Origin: Candidatus Micrarchaeota archaeon
Lineage (GTDB): Archaea; Micrarchaeota; Micrarchaeia; Anstonellales; Bilamarchaeaceae
Direction of reading: 5' to 3'
Length of the DNA stretch: 24,634 nucleotides
Assembly (NCBI GenBank): GCA_040753215.1
Contig: JBFMEZ010000015.1
Span: forward strand, 1-24,634
In this document: positions 1 through 5,463 of the stretch, in pieces
Position numbering within the stretch: position 1 is the stretch's first letter
How the letters are laid out: each line of letters starts with the position of its first letter
The notes under the pieces: model-generated
What the model was told of the DNA's origin: nothing
What the model saw: only the letters and a program-made list of their open reading frames with translations
The model's database searches: none
Made by a program: the position numbers and the translations under genes

Positions 1-298
1 TCTCCAAGTCTTGCATGGTCTTCAGGTCTTGTGTGACTTTCAGGACCCTCAGGACAACCCAAGACTTCACGCCGTGGAGGTTCACCAGACTCCAGGACCT
101 CCAAGACCTGGAGACCACAGAGATTATTAAAGCCGATGCCCGTTAGCTGTTGTCACCAGGTCTTGCAGTTGTCTCCAAGTCTTGCATGGTCTTCAGGTCT
201 TGTGTGACTTTCAGGACCCTCAGGACAACCCAAGACTTCACGCCGTGGAGGTTCACCAGACTCCAGGACCTCCAAGACCTGGAGACCACAGGGATTAT
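1..298. repeat. Direct repeat with 171-bp period, built from ~17-bp CAAGACCTGGAGACCAC-like submotifs
   Basis: 1-120 is identical to 172-291, and GATTAT follows both copies after one mismatch. The first copy is cut by the window edge. Submotifs lie at 149-165, 168-184 and 186-202 (reverse orientation) and 273-289 (forward). Confidence 0.95.
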
Positions 299-386
299 GC
301 CGCATTCGTAATTTGCAACAGGCTCGGATTCCGCTACCCGCAATCATTTGATTAGAGAAAACGCGGGGAGTGTGTTCCCCCCATTC

Positions 387-442
387 AGTTTCCTGTTTCC
401 AGCCTCCAGTTTCCGGAAACCCTAAATGGGAAACTATGAACT
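387..442. repeat. Short heptamer tandem array (NGTTTCC-like x4, then inverted GGAAACN-like units)
   Basis: agtttcc/tgtttcc/agcctcc/agtttcc at 387-414, followed by ggaaacc/ctaaatg/ggaaact/atgaact at 415-442. Confidence 0.6.
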
Positions 443-497
443 CTCTGACCCCCTCCTACCTCACTTTTAAACTCTTGGCTCGTACTCCTTACGCAAT

Positions 498-674
498 GCC
501 ACGTGATTTACGTGGCTTGAGGTTTTTGGGCTCCTTTTTGCGCCGAGCGATGGTGAAGTTCCGCAGAACTTCGCCAGACATCGCCGCAGCGATGCAGAAC
601 GCTTGGCGTGAGCGAGGCAACCCAAAGGCAGAGTGAACCGACGCTGGGCGGAGGTTCACGATGACAAAAAGGAG
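498..674. other. Cluster of hairpins immediately upstream of tRNA-Leu (possible structured leader, ncRNA or REP-like element)
   Basis: GCCACGT..ACGTGGC (498-516). CTCCTTTTTG (531-540) pairs with CAAAAAGGAG (665-674) and encloses TGGTGAAGTTC-CGCA-GAACTTCGCCA (551-576), CATCGC-CGCA-GCGATG (579-594) and GTGAACC..GGTTCAC. Confidence 0.55.
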
Positions 675-676
675 GA

Positions 677-761
677 GCAGGGGTGGCGGAGCCTGGAAAA
701 CGCGCAGGGCTTAGAACCCTGTGGCTTAGAGCCTACGCAGGTTCAAATCCTGCCCCCTGCA
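677..761 (+). tRNA. tRNA-Leu, anticodon UAG, intron-less, CCA not encoded
   Basis: Acceptor stem GCAGGGG/CCCCTGC plus discriminator A. Anticodon arm CAGGG-CT TAG AA-CCCTG (TAG at 712-714). Long variable arm. T-arm GCAGG-TTCAAAT-CCTGC. Confidence 0.97.
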
Positions 762-899
762 CACTAACCCAGGTTCGGGTCAGGACAAAGTTCGCAAACT
801 TTGTCCGCCATTGGAAATCCGATAGGATTTACAATGCAAGAACAGAACCCTGTTTTGACTTCCTAACCGAGGGCTGTTCTGAAGGGCAGAGGATATAAA
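762..899 (+). repeat. Module left end, copy 1 (contains a 57-bp double-hairpin insert at 784-840)
   Basis: 762-783 matches 2702-2723 (19/22) and 841-899 matches 2724-2782 (54/59). It ends in a TATA-like ATATAAA. Confidence 0.92.
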
Positions 900-926
900 T
901 GCTACTCTGTTTGTAGAATCGCATTA

Positions 927-973
927 TACTTAACCTAAGTTAAGTAAAATGGTAAATTACTTAACTTTATAAA
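927..973 (+). promoter_or_regulatory. TATA box with adjacent inverted-repeat operator for ATPase 1
   Basis: TACTTAAC (927-934)-CTAA-GTTAAGTA (939-946). A third TACTTAAC (958-965) abuts TTTATAAA (966-973), which lies 21 nt before ATG 995, the geometry of a leaderless transcript. Confidence 0.65.
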
Positions 974-994
974 TACGTGCTGCGTAATGGAACC

Positions 995-2029
995 ATGTAC
1001 TTTGACACCGAGCCAAAAAGCAGCAAAGATGATTTTTTCAACTACGAATACGAGTATGGGGAACTCAAAAAAGCCCTCGGCAGAAAAGAAAGGGCGATAT
1101 TTATCATCGGGGTCAGGCGCGTTGGAAAGACAAGCCTGATGAATCTATTGTATAATGAGATTAAATCCCTGAAAATCTGGATTGACGGCCGAATCGTTTC
1201 GGAGCCAAAAAAGGAGATTTTTGCTGCGATATACGAAGCGGCAAAACTCGGCAAATCAAAAATATTCGGAAAGATAGAAAGCCTCAATGTCTCAGCTTTC
1301 GGGATAGGATTCGATATCAAGGTGGGGTCAGAAACAACAGCGGAGATAGAAAAAAAGATACATGGAGCAGGACATATTTGTGTATTCGTCGATGAAGCAC
1401 AGAGGATGAAAAGAGACGACCTCGCAGCAACTTTATCGTATTTTTATGACCGTTTTCCCCGGGTAAGTTTCATCATATCTGGAAGCGAAGTAGGGCTTGT
1501 AGAAGAGGTAATCGGAGAAGATGACGCCGAGCACCCTCTTTATGGCAGAAGTGTGATCAAAATATCCATGGACCGGCTCGATAAAAACAGGGCTATGGAA
1601 TTCCTAAAGCGCGGATTCGCCCAGTTGAAGGTGGAGATAAAAGGCGAAGAGATAGAAGAGGCGATAACCGAACTTGACGGCCTTATCGGCTGGCTTACAC
1701 TTTATGGATATGAGAAGGGAGTCATGAAAAACAAGGCTGCCCTCAAGAAAACAACCGAGATAGCAGCAAGGATTGCGGCCTCCGAATTGCTGCATTTCTT
1801 CAAGAACAGGAAAAACCAGCGCCTTTACATCAGCATCTTACGCAATGCGGCAGGAACTTCATGGGACGAGCTAAAGGCAGAAGTAAGTAAAGAACTCAGA
1901 GAAAAAATAAATCCGAATCTTTTCGCATTCGCTATGCGCAACCTGATGGATTATTCGTTCATTGAGAAGAAAAACGAGAAGTATTACCTATCGGATCCGC
2001 TCATCTATAAAGCAACGTTTCTTGTTTGA
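995..2029 (+). CDS. Archaeal ATPase (COG1672/ATPase_2-like, STAND-related AAA+ with probable C-terminal wHTH)
   Basis: N-terminus MYFDTEPK..DFF is typical of the family. Walker A GVRRVGKTS, Walker B VFVDEAQ, SGSEVG and PLYGR motifs, C-terminal Y.LSDPL. ATG 995 is preferred over GTG 977. Confidence 0.9.
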   Translation: MYFDTEPKSSKDDFFNYEYEYGELKKALGRKERAIFIIGVRRVGKTSLMNLLYNEIKSLKIWIDGRIVSEPKKEIFAAIYEAAKLGKSKIFGKIESLNVSAFGIGFDIKVGSETTAEIEKKIHGAGHICVFVDEAQRMKRDDLAATLSYFYDRFPRVSFIISGSEVGLVEEVIGEDDAEHPLYGRSVIKISMDRLDKNRAMEFLKRGFAQLKVEIKGEEIEEAITELDGLIGWLTLYGYEKGVMKNKAALKKTTEIAARIAASELLHFFKNRKNQRLYISILRNAAGTSWDELKAEVSKELREKINPNLFAFAMRNLMDYSFIEKKNEKYYLSDPLIYKATFLV

Positions 2030-2053
2030 TGAAATCTTAGCGAGGTATTGAAT

Positions 2054-2542
2054 ATGAACAATGTGACAATCAGAAAATTGCAGAAATCCGATTACCATCA
2101 ATTCTCGGAATTAATTATTGAAGAGCACCTCAATAATGAGATGTTGGTGAAAAAAGAGCTTTGGGAAATGATAAAACGTCGGCAACCCAGGAAACAGCTT
2201 ATAGGGGAAGCAACGAAACGCATGCATCTTAGTCCTGACAAAGCAGTTATCTTTTTGGCAGAAGAAAATGAGGCTTTGGTTGGGTACATCTGGGGGAACA
2301 TTATCAAAAGAAGCGGGAGGGTTTTAGATAAAATCGGGTTTATCGAAGACTGGTATCTCAAAGAAGGATACAGGAGGAAAGGAATTGGAACGTTGCTCTG
2401 GAAAGAATTGACGAAATGGTTTAAGAATAAAGGATGCAATGGCTTAGAATTGCAGGCGTTTACGACAAATCAAACTGCAATAAGCATTTATCATAGAATT
2501 GGTTTTATTGATAAGACACTCACACTCATGAAAAAATTATAG
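2054..2542 (+). CDS. GNAT family N-acetyltransferase
   Basis: Acetyl-CoA motif YRRKGIGT and the N..AI..YH.IGF C-terminal motif. Alternative start TTG 2048. Confidence 0.92.
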   Translation: MNNVTIRKLQKSDYHQFSELIIEEHLNNEMLVKKELWEMIKRRQPRKQLIGEATKRMHLSPDKAVIFLAEENEALVGYIWGNIIKRSGRVLDKIGFIEDWYLKEGYRRKGIGTLLWKELTKWFKNKGCNGLELQAFTTNQTAISIYHRIGFIDKTLTLMKKL

Positions 2543-2599
2543 TCAAATCGTTTATTTTCATTCGTGCCCGATTGGGCAGATTCCTGCCCTTTTCGGGAA

Positions 2600-2721
2600 G
2601 ACCTGAACTTGAAGTAGTATGCAGGGGAAGACTACCGAGCCCTGGGCTCGGAACAGAACCGCCCCAGACCTCTGCCGGAAGTTCGAATCTTGCCCCCTGC
2701 ACACTAACTCAAGTTCAGGTC
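2600..2721. repeat. Complete hairpin att-like site (site A) with tRNA-mimic core
   Basis: GACCTGAACTTGA (2600-2612) is a perfect inverted repeat of TCAAGTTCAGGTC (2709-2721). The IR extends to 28 bp with 3 mismatches through TGCAGGGG/CCCCTGCA. Internal palindrome CCGAGCCC-T-GGGCTCGG. 2619-2701 is identical to 4755-4837. Confidence 0.92.
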
Positions 2722-2782
2722 AGAACAGAACCCCGTTTTGACCTCCTAACCGAGGGCTCTTCTGAGGGGCAGAGGTTATAAA
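2702..2782 (+). repeat. Module left end, copy 2
   Basis: Homologous to 762-783 plus 841-899 and ends in TTATAAA. Confidence 0.92.
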
Positions 2783-2809
2783 GCCAGGTCTGTCTGAGAG
2801 AAATCACAA

Positions 2810-2849
2810 GTTAGCAAAAACAATCGGATTTTTGCTAACATCTGCTAGG
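2810..2849. promoter_or_regulatory. GTTAGCA-N16-TGCTAAC-N3-TGCTAGG motif downstream of ATPase 2
   Basis: GTTAGCA 2810-2816, TGCTAAC 2833-2839, TGCTAGG 2843-2849. Spacing is the same as at 3995-4034. Confidence 0.6.
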
Positions 2850-2854
2850 TCTCG

Positions 2855-3982
2855 CTATTTCTTCGTATGATAATTGAGTATAAAGGATTCGGCAATAAGT
2901 GGATGGGGCAGGGAATAGACGCCGCGCGCGTCTTGTGAGAGAATATGCTTTTCAACTGCCCGCTTAATGTATGGGGCCGGATTTCCTTTGAACATTTTCT
3001 TAATCTCACCGAAAGTGGCCGAACCACCGCTCTTGGCAATGGCATAAACACACTTCGCTTCCAGCTCCGAAGGTTCACCCTTCCAGCTGTTCTGGAACCA
3101 GCGCCATAACTCCTGTTTGACTTTTCCCTCGGCATCCCGAACCGCTTTTTTGGTTATTGTTCCATCACTTCTGTTAAGGAAGCAAACGGCGCCATAGAGC
3201 TGCACGACCGTGGGGTACCCGCCACTTCTTTCAAAGACATATTCAGAAGCGTCCTTTTTCCAATCAACATGCGGGATTGTTAATGCTTCGTAAACCTCGG
3301 TCTTGTTCAAAGGCTTGAGCTCAAATTCCATCAGCGCAAAAAACCTCGCCAGCGGGGACCATTTGCCACCTAGCCGGTTGGTCAGGCTTTGCTTTCCCGC
3401 AGCAATGATGCCGACAGGAAACCCATATGCAGAGCGGATTTCCTGCACGCTGTTCCTGATGAGTGCAAGCGCTTCGGTGGCCAGCAAATCAGCTTCATCT
3501 ATCAGGATAAATGCACTCTTGAAGCCACGTTTCTTGAGCTTGAGGAAACTTTCCAGTAGTGCGCGATAAGGGTCCATCTCGCCTTTTCTGAGCGAAAGGG
3601 ACAGCTCGAAGAGGCTGAAACTTTCGACCTTTTCAGGCAATTCTTTGGCATTTTCGATGATGCGTTTGTGGGTCGGCAGGCTCTCGCGATAATCCAGATC
3701 GATTTTCTGCATAAGTTTGTCGGCAAACTCCTTTTCACCGCTTTCTGATGAGAGCGGGCAGTAAACCAGGAAGCAACCTGCGGGAGGCAGCGTTTTGAGC
3801 TTGATGAGGAGCGAGGTCTTGCCCATCCCCCTTTCCCCAAAGATGGCCGCGTTCAAAGCTTTTCCGGAATTGGCCGAACCGAATGCCTTGCCCAGGGATT
3901 CCAGAATGTCTTTCCTTCCGACGAAATATTTCGGGTCTACCGGGTCCTGCGGAAAATAGGGGCTTCCTTCGTAAGCAATCAT
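2855..3982 (-). CDS. STAND-like AAA+ ATPase (AAA_16/archaeal ATPase type) with probable C-terminal wHTH
   Basis: N-terminal SPY.P..PV...FVGR, Walker A GERGMGKTS, Walker B ILIDEAD, STAND GxP motif (SGGYP), C-terminal RGVYSL.HPL. Confidence 0.88.
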   Translation of the reverse strand: MIAYEGSPYFPQDPVDPKYFVGRKDILESLGKAFGSANSGKALNAAIFGERGMGKTSLLIKLKTLPPAGCFLVYCPLSSESGEKEFADKLMQKIDLDYRESLPTHKRIIENAKELPEKVESFSLFELSLSLRKGEMDPYRALLESFLKLKKRGFKSAFILIDEADLLATEALALIRNSVQEIRSAYGFPVGIIAAGKQSLTNRLGGKWSPLARFFALMEFELKPLNKTEVYEALTIPHVDWKKDASEYVFERSGGYPTVVQLYGAVCFLNRSDGTITKKAVRDAEGKVKQELWRWFQNSWKGEPSELEAKCVYAIAKSGGSATFGEIKKMFKGNPAPYIKRAVEKHILSQDARGVYSLPHPLIAESFILNYHTKK

Positions 3983-3984
3983 AA

Positions 3985-4034
3985 GTTAGCAATAGTTAGC
4001 AGGATTTATATGTTTTTTGCTAACTCGTGCTAAG
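3985..4034 (-). promoter_or_regulatory. Promoter of ATPase 2 with GTTAGCA/TGCTAAC boxes flanking the TATA box
   Basis: Minus strand reads GTTAGCA-AAAAA-CATATAAAT-CC-TGCTAAC-TAT-TGCTAAC-TT-ATG. Boxes at 3985-3991, 3995-4001, 4018-4024 and 4028-4034. Confidence 0.7.
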
Positions 4035-4665
4035 TTAAGATGGATTGCCTGCGTCGCTTTTGTTTTAATTCCCCCAGAAGGCAATACTGCTTGATAGAGC
4101 TGGTCCAGATATCATAAATCCTGAAATTTTTGAACTCTTTTCGGAGTAAATTTTTATTGAAAAGATAATGTGCCAATCCTTTTTCCCATCCTATGATCGG
4201 AACATACGTCCTGGCGGCTATTATTTTGGATATTTCCTTGTGTTGTTTGGGGACAGTAATGAAAACAAGGCCGCTTGGCTTTAACACCCTTTCAATCTCC
4301 CTAATTGCTTTTCGGACATTGTTGATTCGACCGTGGTGAATCACCTGAATACTGATCACAGCATCAAAAAAATCTCGGGGGTATGGGAGTTTCTTGTAGA
4401 TGGACCCTATCTTCAGATCCGCTTTAACCTTTTCTTTTTCTGACCAAGACTTTGCAATCTCCAACCCGCCCTCGGAAATGTCGATCCCGTAAATATCGAA
4501 GCCTCTCTTGGCAAAATATATGATGTGCCTGCCAGAACCGCACCCCAGATCCAAAATTCTTTTCACTTTTCGTTTTTTGAACAATCTCGAAATCCGAGGG
4601 ATGTCTTCTTGGACTGCTGTGAATACCTTTCCTTCCTTTTTGAAAACTTTGTCCCATTGCTGCAT
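4030..4665 (-). CDS. Class I SAM-dependent methyltransferase
   Basis: Motif I ILDLGCGSGR, GIDIS, FFDAVIS, RVLKPSG. Confidence 0.93.
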   Translation of the reverse strand: MQQWDKVFKKEGKVFTAVQEDIPRISRLFKKRKVKRILDLGCGSGRHIIYFAKRGFDIYGIDISEGGLEIAKSWSEKEKVKADLKIGSIYKKLPYPRDFFDAVISIQVIHHGRINNVRKAIREIERVLKPSGLVFITVPKQHKEISKIIAARTYVPIIGWEKGLAHYLFNKNLLRKEFKNFRIYDIWTSSIKQYCLLGELKQKRRRQSILT

Positions 4666-4735
4666 ATGAAACTATCTTCCATCATTGAGTTGTTATTTCT
4701 TGCCCCTTTAGGCACAATTGTGCCAAACGGGTGGA

Positions 4736-4837
4736 GATTCGAACCTGGAGTAGAATGCAGGGGAAGACTACCGAGCCCTGGGCTCGGAACAGAACCGCCC
4801 CAGACCTCTGCCGGAAGTTCGAATCTTGCCCCCTGCA
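4736..4837. repeat. Right junction (attR-like): left arm plus tRNA-mimic core, lacking the right arm
   Basis: 4755-4837 is identical to 2619-2701. Arm GATTCGAACCTGG (4736-4748) is complementary to 769-781. It is followed by unrelated T-rich sequence (ATATCTCTTTCT), presumably the original tRNA 3' flank. Confidence 0.92.
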
Positions 4838-4893
4838 ATATCTCTTTCTATGCCGTATAAACATTTTTAATAACTTACACGGAAATTAACCCC

Positions 4894-5409
4894 ATGAAAC
4901 ACAGGTCTATTCGTGGCAATAGCGGCGGAGCGGAGATAAGGCGGGGGAGGTTTGAGGCATATCTCCTGGAAGGCGCGCCAAAACGCAACATGCACAGGAA
5001 GCTTGCGGCGGTCGATGCCGCAATCCTCTGCAACCTTGAGAGGGCGGCAGAAGCCCCGTTCCCGGTACGCGTGAAGGTGGCCGTGCTCAGGGATTTGTAT
5101 TTCTCCCACCAGCCGGCGAAAACCCTTCTCGCAATGAGGGCGCTTTCAGGGATGGCGAAAGCCGGTTCCAGGGCGGCAAAACAGGCATTGATGGAAATGT
5201 CCGAGAAATGGCTCAAGGACCATTCCATGAGATTCTCCAGCGAGTACCTGTGGGCAAAAGGCCTGGTCTTCATACTGAACTCCGCGGAACTGCTTGGAAA
5301 GGGCTGGCTCAAGGCAAGGGCGAGGGAAGCTGCAGAGGAGGACCCCGGAATAGCGCGCACCGTGGCTTTCTGGGAGAAGGCAATCAAAAAGGGCTGCGAA
5401 GTCCTCTGA
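4894..5409 (+). CDS. Hypothetical protein (helical)
   Basis: 171-aa ATG ORF filling the gap, with host-like codon style and an AT-rich TATA-like stretch upstream. No motif recognised. Confidence 0.6.
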   Translation: MKHRSIRGNSGGAEIRRGRFEAYLLEGAPKRNMHRKLAAVDAAILCNLERAAEAPFPVRVKVAVLRDLYFSHQPAKTLLAMRALSGMAKAGSRAAKQALMEMSEKWLKDHSMRFSSEYLWAKGLVFILNSAELLGKGWLKARAREAAEEDPGIARTVAFWEKAIKKGCEVL

Positions 5410-5463
5410 GCGCATATTCCTCATATTTAAATATCTTATCATTCCATTTCCTGCGGGGATTGA

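Larger units (their letters stand above)
762..4837. mobile_element. Integrase-less genomic islet / two-module cassette array inserted at the tRNA-Leu 3' end
   Basis: The tRNA 3' end TGCCCCCTGCA recurs at 751-761, 2691-2701 and 4827-4837. The two modules share conserved left and right ends. Cargo is visibly more AT-rich than the downstream housekeeping genes. No recombinase ORF lies inside. Confidence 0.85.

Noticed and set aside
1..298. CRISPR array
   Set aside because: The repeat is at least 120 bp with only two visible copies. There is no 25-45-bp repeat/spacer alternation and no cas gene in the window.
405..421. ORB (archaeal origin recognition box)-like TCCAG..GGAAAC
   Set aside because: The spacing differs from ORB, there is no G-string and no cdc6 is nearby. 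The heptamer array explains it better.
143..898. Short ORFs 143-343, 153-347, 370-636 and 683-898
   Set aside because: They overlap repeats, hairpins or the tRNA and have no recognisable motifs.
2621..2701. Second and third tRNA genes (also 4757-4837)
   Set aside because: There is no D-arm or anticodon arm and the T-stem has a G-G mismatch, so they are treated as att/tRNA-mimic repeats.
2572..2781. Similar small ORFs at 2572-2781 and 4525-4860 (CRGRLPSPGLGTEPP...)
   Set aside because: The similarity is simply the translated att repeat, and there is no shared start or stop.
2810..2839. Canonical integron attC (GTT/AAC boxes)
   Set aside because: The order is GTTAGCA...TGCTAAC, the reverse of RYYYAAC...GTTRRRY, it does not fit GTTRRRY, and no IntI gene is present.
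762..4837. Integrase or transposase gene within the island
   Set aside because: All four sizeable ORFs have clear non-recombinase motifs. No R-H-R-Y, DDE or HUH signature was seen anywhere in the window.
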